A DNA stretch of 64,000 bases from Diadema antillarum (lineage: Eukaryota), in NCBI RefSeq assembly GCF_040938485.1, contig NW_027271318.1, forward strand, positions 434,001 to 498,000. Reading direction: 5' to 3'. The number at the start of each line of letters is the position of its first letter. The first letter of the stretch is position 1. Shown piece after piece: positions 1-11,908 of the stretch. Made by a program: the position numbers and the translations under genes. The notes below the pieces were generated by a model. That model did no database searches. It was not told where the DNA came from and saw only the letters and a list, made by a program, of their open reading frames with translations.

Positions 1-3000
1 CACATATCTCAAAAGATACATCAGCACTTTCGCCCAAAAATCATATGAAGGATGATACATCCATACTGTATGAAGTTTCAAGGGATTTGGTGGTAAAATA
101 AGGGAGATACGAGGAGGTGAACTTTCAATATGTTTTTGTCCTTCCCTCCGCACAGTGCTCGATGACCGTTACAAATTCAAAAGCTTTGGCCTCTTATCAG
201 TGAGTTAATTGCACCGTATCGCCGGGGCTGGTTAGGGTTCCATTTTGCGCATGAGCAGAAAAAGATCATTTGTACTGAGAGACAGGTCGGTTTTTTATTT
301 TCAATGAGATAAGCATCTGTGATGTTATAATTATTCATGTAATCCTTATAGACGGTGCTTGCCAGTACTTGGCAATTGATGTTAATAAAGACAAAAATTT
401 TGTTAACACATTTAATACAAAACAATGAAATGGATGCTTCCCCGAGTGTTGACTGATGAACCATTCTGGTCACCTGGTCAATGCAGGTTCATTCTTTGTT
501 TGAATACAAATTCCATGATTTGCTATGTTGGGCAAGCTGATATATTATGTCGCTTTAAATTGAGTGAAGTGCCTAACCAACTGAGGAAAAAGAAAGGTCA
601 TTTGTACCTATAAGCACATGAGCTATCTCCGAACTGGCTTATTCGTGGATATTATGTCTCAGTGCATGGTATTGAACTTTTAGAATTACACTGAAACAAA
701 CAATTCAGGTTCACCACCAATGCTCTTCAGTTTGAGGGTGCAAAATATATTTTACAAATGATACCATCACAGCTCTGACTCCTTCATGACTGGATAGAAT
801 ATTGCACTGATAAGGAGAATGAAAGTGTACGCAACACTTACTGGTCAGAAAACAGGAAGACTTAATGGCACAAATATTGTTGAGAAATCTAGCATGGATC
901 TTTGTTTTCCAGTGATCAGCCATTCAAATTGCATAACATCATAGCAGCTCAATAAAAAAAAAGAAATCATTAAACTTTGCTATGTGACTGCATAATTATT
1001 TCCAAAATCAAAGAGATGAACCAAAACTCAAGCATACAGAAAATTCTGCAATTATGCTATCAAATAAGATACGAAGCTAATGAACAAACACTGTCATGTA
1101 ATAATAAATTGAACATTTTGAAAATGCTTCAACCTCCCCACAAGCATAGGAGTTTACATGCAATTTGCTTTTATCAAACTACAAACTGTATTCAGTAGGT
1201 CATTTTGTACAATGATTGCAACAAGTGGGCTCGGCATAATAGAGTGAAAATTGATTAAATTTGCTGAGTACTCCATTTATCCATCGACGAGTAGCCGGTG
1301 CCAATCTTACAATCAATATGTGCACTGTACTATGAGAGAGGGTACAAATCTTGCTCTGTAGATGCTACTGTGTACTTCAGCACTACTATGATACTACATA
1401 TGTACATTGTACATGTATTATACACTTATAAAAGATTGTTCTACATATGTAAATGCAATCAAATTTGTAAGACAATACATCCATGTAATAATGATCACTA
1501 TCCTTACAGAAATGTGTGTATGTGTGTGTGTGTCCCTGTGTGTGTGAATTCTTTTAGTATTAAGATTCTCACACAGCTCTTTCTTGTTTTTGTTCTCTTC
1601 TTAATGAGTGACAATCTCAATACAATGTACCTGGAACTGGCTATTTCACATTCTCATGCATTGGTTACATCTGGTGGTTGTACGCTGCATCTACTACAGT
1701 AGGTATACAAAACCAATGTCAATGGGTACGGCTCTCTTGGAAACCACAGCTTTATGTACAATAAGAGGCTACCATGGGTATACTACCATATCATTAATCA
1801 TAAACTTTGTGGACGATAGGTAGTGAGGCTTATCTGAGCCTCTCAGTTTGCAGTTCAGTTTAATAAAGAGGTACACGGTCGTTGTAGGTACAAATTGTGC
1901 CAACCTGTAGGCCTACAGAACACTATCAATGTCTTTCAATTATGAAGAAACTAATCCATACATTTTGTAATGCACATGATCTGAATTGTGTCATATTCAA
2001 AGTACAATACTCAAGTGCGCTCACATCAGGTCTACAAAACTGGCAATAAATGCACTTCTACACTGAAGGAAATGCATACATACAGTACAATGTATATAAA
2101 TGACTGTAAACCTGCCAAAGCATAGTAGTCGTAAACAAATGGGTACACATTGAGGTGAAGATGTCGAGCAGTGCACACTAACTGACAGTGAGTCTTTTTA
2201 ACCTCCTTCACAACAGTGAGTCCTGACAATCTGCCCTTCCCCTGATTCACCCTGATGGCCTAATTCCGGGTCAGTGTCAAGGTTCCTTCCAGGCCATTGT
2301 TTATCCTGCTAACGCTATGGCCTGACTTGGCATTCCCACGACCCCATGGGTTCACTGGAATGCTTCAGAGTCTATGTGGTTACAGAGGAGAGTACAATCA
2401 AACAGGCATGTATCACTATAAAGACAGAGAATCATCTACAATTGTACACATTATAATTAGAATTTGGCACTTTGTGCTGAACCAAAGTAAAGAAATAAAA
2501 CAGCAATAATGTGCCCTCTTAAAATGAAACTAACAATGCAGAAAATCCATTCATTAGAATGAGGATATAGTAATACAACTGCTGCATGCAAATTGTACAT
2601 GTCAAGTACATGTTGGAGTACAGTACATCTCATATTAGACATCACTTTGGACATTGTGATGACTGTAAATATGTGCAATAAACACAGTCTGAATTATAAA
2701 GTGCTTTTCACGCAATATGATTAATTGCTGCACCACAGGAGCTTTCAGATTACAGGGTACACGCCAACATGAACAAAATACCGGTAACAATTGAAAACAA
2801 CGCCATGGAAGACAGGCTGCCATCCTGATTCCTTGCACACACAATAACACTTTCCAGATGACAACACACATAAATGGCTCCATCCTGTTTTTAAGAATGG
2901 ACAGTACTTTCTGCCGAGATCTGTTCCAAAAATCAACAGGACAGGGATCATTCAGTAACTTTCCCCCACACAGATTGATATTCAAATTTGACATGGCATG

Positions 3001-6000
3001 CTTTTTGTGGACCATCCACCCCTGGCAATAAGCTCCTCACAATTAACATGCAAAACAATAAGGAAGGTAGCATATATTCCTGAGTAACCTTGAATTCTTA
3101 CACTGTACACTGTACTTTCCTAAATCTTCAATATACCATAGTACAGTCTGTGATTCAGTCCCCTCACATTAAATGCAATTAATTTGCTTGCAAACACTTC
3201 ATAGTATCAACCCTCTATTGAAGTTTGAATGTAACAGATCAAAAGATGGCAAAATAAAATGATAGTGAATTATGTACTTGGTACTAATCACTAATAATAA
3301 TTATGACACTGCTAATGATAATACATTGTAATAATCATGAATATATCATCTTCATCATAGATCATTACTTTTATCATTACTTTTATCACTACTTTTATCA
3401 CTACAACATATAGTTCTTAGTCCTCTAGTTTGAATGGAAGCTACAGCTGCAGTAATGCAGTGTTGTCTGGCTCAATCATATAATTGCTATTGAAATACAA
3501 AGAAGCGTGCTCTGCACAACAGAAGCAGGTCTCAAACAAACATTGGTAACTTATGCATGAAGTGCTTTACCTTATGCTAAAAATAATTTCAACTGTACAT
3601 ACAGTACATTCCATACATCTACAAATGCAGGGAATAGCACAATTTGTTTGTTCTGGCTCAAATTTATTTCAAAGTAGTTTTAAACCCCTTACCCACAGAC
3701 TTTGGATCACTGTACTTTTCCAGTGCAAAAGTGATATGCCCTTGAGAAAGGTCAAACCCAAGGCATGTACCTGAGTAAAATGTTTTGTAAAAATTCAAAG
3801 TTTCTGCTGATGAACAACCTCTTTTATCCCACATTGCGTTGCTTTTTGATGAGATCAATCTCATGGATTTTAAGGAGTGTTATTGATTGTAGGTACTAGT
3901 GTGATGGCTCAGACGGCTTACACGTGTACATTGTACAGTACATTTAAGTTTCTAGTTCAAGCTTGATGCCATGCTAGAGAAGTCTGTTAGCTCCTCCTGT
4001 CTTGAGTAATACGTCACAACAAAATGGTGTCATGTGTACGCCATCTGGCAAAGCTATGTACTGAATGTTAGACGCTCTCTGAATTGTACATTACACTACA
4101 TGTACATCAAGTGCACTATGGACTCAGATTCCCGTCCTACTCAAAGGAGATTGTGGTGATACAGACAGAGCACAGAATTACAGACTGTAGTAGACCAAGA
4201 AAGTCACTATTACAAGACATGTACAGGACCTCTTGTCATCAATAAAGAATACGGAATGATTATGATAAAAATAACGAATACTGGCATGTCAGTGTGATGT
4301 CACTTATAATGACTTAACATCCTGCTGGTTGGATCAAACATGCTACCACATACAGATGTTTTATGGTAATATTAAAGTCTTATAACACCTTTCAGTGATG
4401 TAACTGCAGTAAGTACAGTGTATAGGTGTTGTTACTTCATAGCACTTAACTTTCTGCTATGTAATATAACTATCAGTAGTTTTACTACATGCATTTGAAA
4501 TAAGTGCTTGCCTGAGTAGTCTGAAGATGATACACGTAGTATGCTTTTATAAAGTCTTTAACTTCAAATGCAGTTCCAAATGAACAGGACTGTGGATAAG
4601 ACACATGTGGCTGTCTAAATGTTTTTGTAGGCCTATGTGATGCCACATGTCAAATGACAAGTAAAAGTTTTGCATGCATTTACCTAAAAATATTCTGAAC
4701 ATAAATTTTATTGTAATGCTGTTGTATTTAGCATCTACAGTATATAAGAACCAATAATATAGCATTACAGAAGAAATAAACACACCATGAACTGGACAAG
4801 TAACCATCAACCAGTAAGTGGAACGACGATAGCGACAATTTTGAGAGGATATACTTGGAAGCCCGAGTGCTGCTACACAACAATCTTCCAGTATTTTTGG
4901 TATAAAGGTAAAGGTATGACAAACATGCATCAGTAGGCCCTACATAAAAAGTCTTTCAGTGTTGTTATCGGTATACAGGTACTTTTAGAGCATTATTTTC
5001 ATAACCTTTAAACATATGTGTACCATACAGCAACAATAAGGTAGTCCATTTGTGGTCAGCTCCACGCAATTTTGTGAGCCATTTATTCAAAATTCTGAGA
5101 CATTTCATTAGAGCTTCATCATTCTGACCATTATAGGACTAGAGACCAGTCTCTCTGCTCTCTCTTCCTCTCTTCTACTAAAAAATGGGCAAAGTAGCAT
5201 ATCTTTGAAGATTATATTGAATACATCCTTGAATAAATTAACACAACTTCTTATGTAGGTTTAGTTTGATTTGAGGATTTGGATTTGGGTTATGGTAAAC
5301 GTTTTGGGGTAGAATTTATGATTGGCTTAGCCTGCATATCTATATTTCATGGGAGCAAATGTTGCAGTCAACTTGCAGTCCTGAGCAATGTCATGGAACC
5401 TTCTCGACCTGTGTGCCTCAAAAATATTTGTAGGAGCCAAAGTAGGCCTTGAGTTTAGGGAAGCAGGGCCATAGACTGCATCAGGTAGCCAGAGCATGAA
5501 ACAAGCAGCTTAGAAGGGGTGAAAGCAAACTCAGAGCTACTCTAGAGACAGAAAAGGGCAGAAAATATAAAAGAGGCACTTTGAGGCAAGCTTTTAGATT
5601 ATATATTCTCTCACATCACAAATGATAAGACATGAATGGTACCTTAACATCCAAATCCAACCGATGCCGGAATTTCCCGACTTCTAAACTACCCTGAAGC
5701 TATGAAGTACAGTTTGAGGAAAACTGGTCAATCTATTCAAAAGTTCTTAGTTTCTAAAGTTTCAGTGCTACCATATTGTTGGATGAGAATACTATAAAAC
5801 CAGAAACATTTGTAGCATGAAACTTTCATGAGTTGGAGCCAACAGCCTCTTTCTTGGCATGAAACTTTCATGCACTGCCACTGGTATTCAATGCATCATG
5901 AACCACTGGAAGCACTCTACTCAAAACCTTCCACGAATCTTCGCTCCTCGCGAAATTTGCAAAAGTTCCCTGCACAAGAACATTTCTGGTTATACAGTAA

Positions 6001-6063
6001 ACAAAGACTCAATAACACAGTTCATGACATCATGCATGGATGATATACAGTAGGCCTAGATCA

Positions 6064-6370
6064 ACTGTATACGGCATACGCCATAGAGTAGATGTTTAGA
6101 TTTTTTAGCAAGTTTAAATTTTTCACGAATCGGGACTTCCCAACGAGATTTTGCAAGTGGTAAATTTGCGATAGCAGAGTAGATCTACAGTCAATGTCTA
6201 CTGAATGGAGAAGATATGCCAGCATGTCACATACACATTCATGTCAACTTCAAGATCAGTGTCAATAATTTAATCAATATTTTTGTGAGTCTTTAAATTC
6301 AGGAATAGAACCCAACTCACAAATTCGCAAACACAAAAACCTCACAACTATTTAGCATATGCATGCGGTA
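6064..6370. mobile_element. Degenerate Tc1/mariner-like MITE; related copy at about 44665-44912
   Basis: Shares blocks with 44665-44912 (tttagcaagt...tgaatggagaa...gcatgtcaca...ctttaaattc...aaacctcac). Ends are approximate. Confidence 0.5.
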
Positions 6371-6656
6371 AACACAATAAGCAGGTTCAAGAAATCCTAA
6401 CAAAACTCCACAATTTTTTTTTTTGTTGAAAAGTGACGTCAGGCTAACGTTAGGTCGCGTGTCTTACCTGAAAGCTGAATTATGAAACATTCCCTCCTTT
6501 TTTACACTGATTGTATTTAATGTAAAAGAGTTTGATTTAGATATCTAGAAGATAAAACTAAGATCTATGACTAGACCTATAGAAGTTTTCTTAAAGGGGA
6601 TAATCAAAGTGCTTTTTCATTCTACTTCTGGCAGAAAAACATGTTGAACTTCTTAC

Positions 6657-7117
6657 TCATGGTATGCCAGGCTCATGCATTCAAACAGTTTGGTGAACGA
6701 TGCATCAATTTCTAGCGGTGCATCTTCGTTGCCAAAGCGGTAACTCCCAGTAGTTTCCTTGTTAGCGTTATCAAAGTTGAAACCAGCACTCTTTTTCACT
6801 TTGTGTGGATTGCTGACCATAAAGTGGCCAGAGTGAATGGTTTCTGTGGAAGTCGAGGGGCTCCTCGGCTCCTTGGGTGAGCCCTGAGCAGTGTTGCTGC
6901 TCGAGCTGGAACTCCGACGGATGCGTGTCGAGGCATTCCCAGAGATGTTCCTGCTCCTATCAGCGAACACAGCACCAGCTGCTGATAATCCCTGGTCATA
7001 GAGTTGATTTTCCCTCGCTGCTGAGGGATCTCTCCATCTCATTTCGTCGAATTGAGCCATTCCTGCTGTGTTGTGAAGCACGGGAAAATCGTCTCTAGCC
7101 ATTTCAACGGCAAACAT
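6657..7117 (-). CDS. MLXIP: Mondo-family (MondoA/ChREBP-like) bHLH-ZIP transcription factor, first coding exon; gene continues beyond the left edge of the window
   Basis: The ORF carries the Mondo conserved-region motifs TIHSGHFMVS, GFNFD...SYRFG and EIDASFTKLFECMSLAY. It ends at a GA|GTAAGA donor (GT at 6656-6655, phase 2). In-frame ATGs are at 7117 and 7102. I found no exon 2 (KLTSPKW-like) in 1-6600. MLXIP versus MLXIPL cannot be resolved; invertebrates usually have a single Mondo. Confidence 0.92.
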
Positions 7118-10100
7118 TGGACTATGTTGTCAGTCGGTCATTCCTATATCAGATAATAAAACATATCCACGCACATATGATACGTCTACGACAAACACAG
7201 CGCCATTTTACGTGTAAGGTACATGTAGCTGTGTTCATAAAATCGACCCAGTCTCGTCTGTACGTGTATGATACATGCAAGTGCAGTGCTGTGCACTTCT
7301 CGTAGTCGTCCAGCCAGCAGTCCGTCGCCCATTGCATGCACAACGTCTCTCATACACAGAAAACATGTACGCACATAATGCTAAAGTACACACAGATGGA
7401 GATGCCAAAGAAGTGGACATGGAGGATCGGAGCATGTACCGTGCCATACATTACAGTACGTGAAGCCATGGCCAGCTAGCTGGACGCGCGCTCAGGTCTG
7501 TTCACACAGTGTACAATATAACGCGTTTGAGGCACCATAGCAATCTACAGACACACGCGTGGATGGAAGAAGCCATTCCAGTTATTATGATGGATCGACG
7601 ACCACAACAGAACGATGGTCGATACTATCGCAGACAACTTTATCGCATATCGATACTTCGGAAAAACAACCCAACACTGTCCAAAGGGCCGTAACTGGGG
7701 CGGGGTTCAAGGGGTTCGAAAGAACACCCGAATGCAAACATGGTCCGGTTAAACATTTTTTTTCAATCACACCCACAATCATGAAAGAATTATATGTGTG
7801 TTTGGGGGGGGGGGGGGTGTGTTTTTTTTTTGAATGAATAACCAACGAACTGTTATACTTTCTTGACTGAAAAATCTTCTGGATTTTTCTCAGATTGCTG
7901 AACTTCAATTCAAAAATACAAAGTCCGTCCCCGCTTCCCGTGGGAGAGGAATACATCTGTACCCTTCCCCCTCACCCACAAATCGCTCGACAACTGTGCT
8001 TTGCTTGTAGATACCACAAAGCAGTTTTTTATTTAGTATGATATAGATGCGCTGATATCGGATGACCAAACTACTGTCTATCATATCTTTAAGATTGAAA
8101 AATATCATGTTCAAAAACGTGTGCACGAGATCGTAGAACTTCAATTCTACAGATGTAAAAGCTCTCTCATGTAGGAGGGTGAAATAAACCCCTCCGATTT
8201 ACCCCTTCTCCCTGCATGCATACATGATTTTCAAGTAATATGATTAATGAATTTAAAGAAATATGCAACAATTACAGAATTTCGCTGCTCATGGATTTTT
8301 TTTAGAACCTACATAATCAACATATATCATCTTACTTTTTTTTTAAAATCAAAATCATCCAAATATGCCACCCGAAGTGTGCTTCTAATTGTAGCATTTT
8401 TAACCTTTCCCCCATATACCCTCTCCCTGCTCGGTCGTTGCTCTTTTGGATTTTCATGATCAGTAAACGAAAAGAATCATGCAACAATTGCATAATTTCA
8501 TCTCTACTCTGTTATGTATGTGTGTTTTTAAAGATCTTGAAATAAATGACATATCTTCTTATACTTTTTTTTTCATGAAGAACTGTCAAATACGCATGCT
8601 ATGTTGCACATGGATTCTTCATTAGTTTCCAAGTAAGTTTATGAGATGTAACCTCCACAACCAATTCATATATAATCTTGTCATCATGATATAGTCTATA
8701 TTGGTAACTCTCAGGGGCCAATAACGAAATATATTAGGTATGTTTTATATAAAGTTAATGAATAAACAAATTGGTAATGCATTTTTGGCCAATAAAGCAC
8801 GAGTTGATTCGACTCAAATAATCTCCGACGTCCCTTATACACCTTCTTCAGGAGTCTTGACAAGCAGTTGACAAGACTCCTGAAGAAGGCGTCATGTTTA
8901 CAGTTCTCACCCCAGCTTGTTGCCACCATCATCTATTTTGTTTTCATTGGTAATCTTAGTGAATTGTTTTTTTTCTTCACTTTAGTTGGTCTCTTCCATT
9001 CCTGTTACTCCTATTGGTCTTCTTAGTTAATTTAGATATGTGAATATGTAGATACAGTTTATGCAAATTATGTTCATTGTTTTGAGTTTTGCTGAGGGCA
9101 AGTCAACCTGAAAATAAACCAGTGCTCCTCAGAACTTGAAGTGTGCAGGATTCATGTTTACAGTCTGCGTCCCAAACCTGTAGCTACCCTACAGTAAAAA
9201 TAATAATAATAATTTAAAAAAATAAAAATATAAAAAACCGATTTTGTGCATCATACAAATGAGAATGAATATAGGCCCTCATAGGCTTTATGATGTCGAC
9301 ACCAGCAAGTAATCTATTAACAGTGTAGCCCGTTATTATTATCAGCAACATAATTTACATCCCCTTGTACCTGTTTAGCAAAATTGAAATAATATAATGA
9401 CATTGCGATGTTCCTCATCATGACCCCCCCCCCCCTCCCTTATTGACTGGCACACAAAAGTGTCATTAAAAGTTGCATCTTGTGGGATAAAATCATATAA
9501 TATTTATAGGCATAAAGAATGAAGATATATTTTACTGCAAGGTCGATCTTCCAAATAGGGAGTCCTATCCCAGTTTCAACTGTAGTTGATACATCAAAAC
9601 AAAACAAAACAAAACAAAATCATCACTGGAAATTCCACCCCTCATATCATTGACTGGAATTTGCATACTAATTATTTACATTGTCAGTATAATACCACCA
9701 TAACAGTCGATCACAGTTGTCCTAGGGTTACATTTTCAATGATCGACGATAGCTATGATCGATACCAACAACAAAATCCTGCTCAGAGATGGTGCCTATT
9801 AAACCGCATCGACCCTACAAAATATGAGCCGTTTGAACTTGTTCATTGTCAATGTCCAGGCCGTTTTTCTGAAACTTTGTTGATACTAAAAATGTATACT
9901 ACTATGAATTTGAAATTACTGAGTTTGTCATATTTTATGTCTTCTTCGAAAAAGGTTCCTATGACATGTTTTCTTCAGAGCACGTGTCCGCCCGTGCGCT
10001 ATCTTTGGTTACACAAGAGTCACGTTTCGGTCGAAGTGGTTTGTCCCGCCGCCCGCTATTGTCAAGACGGACAAGATCCTAGACCGAAATGCCATTGGTA

Positions 10101-10877
10101 GCGAGCGGTTCACCTCTGCATTGAAGCGTTACTCATTTTACCCACAACAAATAATCAAGTGTCTACACACACAGCTGATATATGAATATGGCCGCTAAGT
10201 GTGTGTATTGGTTTGGTTACTTAAACTGAGATAATTTTCTTTGTCCAATCGATATGAGTGGTTTTAAACAAAATTAACAGAAAAGGAGTGCGAAAGGAGC
10301 ACGATTCATGTTCACCATCGTGTATTGATCTTTTTGTCATTCCACCAGACCAGATGTGTTTCCTCGATTATTTGCGGGCATTCCTCGAATGCGACTCTCA
10401 AACCAAGTACCAAACAGACAAAGGGAAAACATATGTAAAACAAACAACAAAATAGTAAAATCTAGCATCTAGGATCTGTCGTACATAATGAATATTTGAG
10501 TCGATATTAGATTAATTGCCTTCAGCTGTTTAATCTTGCGTTGTCGATGCGTGACCACCAAGTTGAGATATTATATTTTGGATTTTAAAAAAATCATTCT
10601 CTTTATATACTGATTGGTTGAAAGAGCTTCACGTGATCGCATGTGTTATCATTTCAATTACTTCAAAAAGTTGGCATGTGCAACAAACCTTGGCACACGA
10701 TTGGAAAATGCCGTCACTGTTTCTGGCGACATTCTCAAAATAGTTTTGTTTGTAATTTTATCGATGTCATTATGACGCGCTGTATTACGTCCTACCCCCC
10801 TCCCTTCCAGTATCCACAGCATTGCATCAACCACATGACTTCTTGCCTTAGTGTTCCTATTTCTTTTTTTTTTAATT

Positions 10878-11125
10878 CAAAATATGAAACAAATCACTCT
10901 GCCTATTGAGTTCTGCCTAAAACTATGGGCCTCTGTGAGTCCAATATAGTATACAAATATACTTTGCCTTGAAGGTTTCTTGTTAAAACTATGGGCAGAG
11001 GTGACTCCAAAGAACTATTCACTGAGGGGCGCAGCCCCTCAGTGAATAGTTCTTTTTGAGGAACCGAGGCCTATAGTTTTAACAAGAAACTCGAAATTAG
11101 GCAAAGTATATTTGTTTTATATTTT
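10878..11125. repeat. Long fold-back palindrome P1
   Basis: Perfect 22-bp stem (11009-11030 / 11034-11055) around a GCA loop. Imperfect arms extend to 10953 / 11115, with an extra degenerate left arm at 10878-10950. Confidence 0.9.
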
Positions 11126-11604
11126 GGATCAAAAATTTAAACAAGAGAAGGGGAAATGGGGGGTGCAAAGAGAAGTCATATGACCAATGCGATGTTGTGA
11201 AGGGATCCTACATTACTGCGCACGATGTCGGACCTGCTTTGTGATGTTTGTTAAAAATGTTACATTTACAAGCGCGACGCGAAGCAATACCAACGTCAGA
11301 ATTGTTTTTATGACGTCACAATTGTTTTGTTAGAAATTGATACATTGCACAGAGAGACAGTACTAGCAGTGCGCAATGTCAAAATTGCTTTGTAGCGTCA
11401 CAAGTGTTTTGCTAGAAATTGTTACATTTCACAGAGTGACGGTGCAAAGCTGCGCACAATTTCAGAATTGCTTTGTGATGTCACAGTTGCTTTGTGGCAT
11501 CATTTCACAATATTTCATACCTTCTTATGTGCTATACTTATTAGAATCTCAATAATTCAGCACAAGAACTGATCAACAGTCGTAACTTTAAGAACAGCTT
11601 TGTG

Positions 11605-11605
<1 letters not shown>

Positions 11606-11638
<33 letters not shown>

Positions 11639-11641
11639 CCC
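11606..11641. repeat. Poly-C tract (30 C, T, 5 C)
   Basis: Read directly; about 270 bp upstream of the EMG1 ATG. Confidence 0.9.
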
Positions 11642-11842
11642 AGCTTGAGGGAGCTGGGAGGTAGGAGAGATACACCTGTCGCACCTTCGAGGCCTTTTCC
11701 CTTTGTGTACTCTACTCAGCTGTGTGTGTATAAGTGTGTGGAGACGGTACGGTGCCGCGTGACGTGCCGGTGTGTCAGCCAGAGCCGAGGCGAGGCCACA
11801 GAACAGTGGGCGAGGCAGAAAGAGTTCTGTGGGCAGGCCGCG

Positions 11843-11854
11843 CATATGCACGTG
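11843..11854 (+). promoter_or_regulatory. Adjacent E-boxes CATATG-CACGTG upstream of EMG1
   Basis: Canonical CACGTG 55 bp upstream of the ATG in a CpG-rich promoter. Function is untested. Confidence 0.4.
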
Positions 11855-11908
11855 TTGTCAATTGCGGCTACCTACCGCTAGCTAAACACTGGGTAAACAC
11901 GGAACAGC

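Noticed and set aside
1-6400. Further Mondo exons or a nested gene
   Set aside because: No KLTSPKW / RLNNxIWR-type exon and no coherent spliceable ORFs were found; this appears to be intron with repeat fragments.
9586-10101. 171-aa ORF on +
   Set aside because: No recognisable motif, it begins in an (AAAAC)n tract, and there is no convincing splice partner; treated as a chance ORF.
10630-10645. Canonical ChoRE for Mondo autoregulation
   Set aside because: The two E-boxes are 4 nt apart, not the 5 nt of a canonical ChoRE; kept only as an E-box pair.
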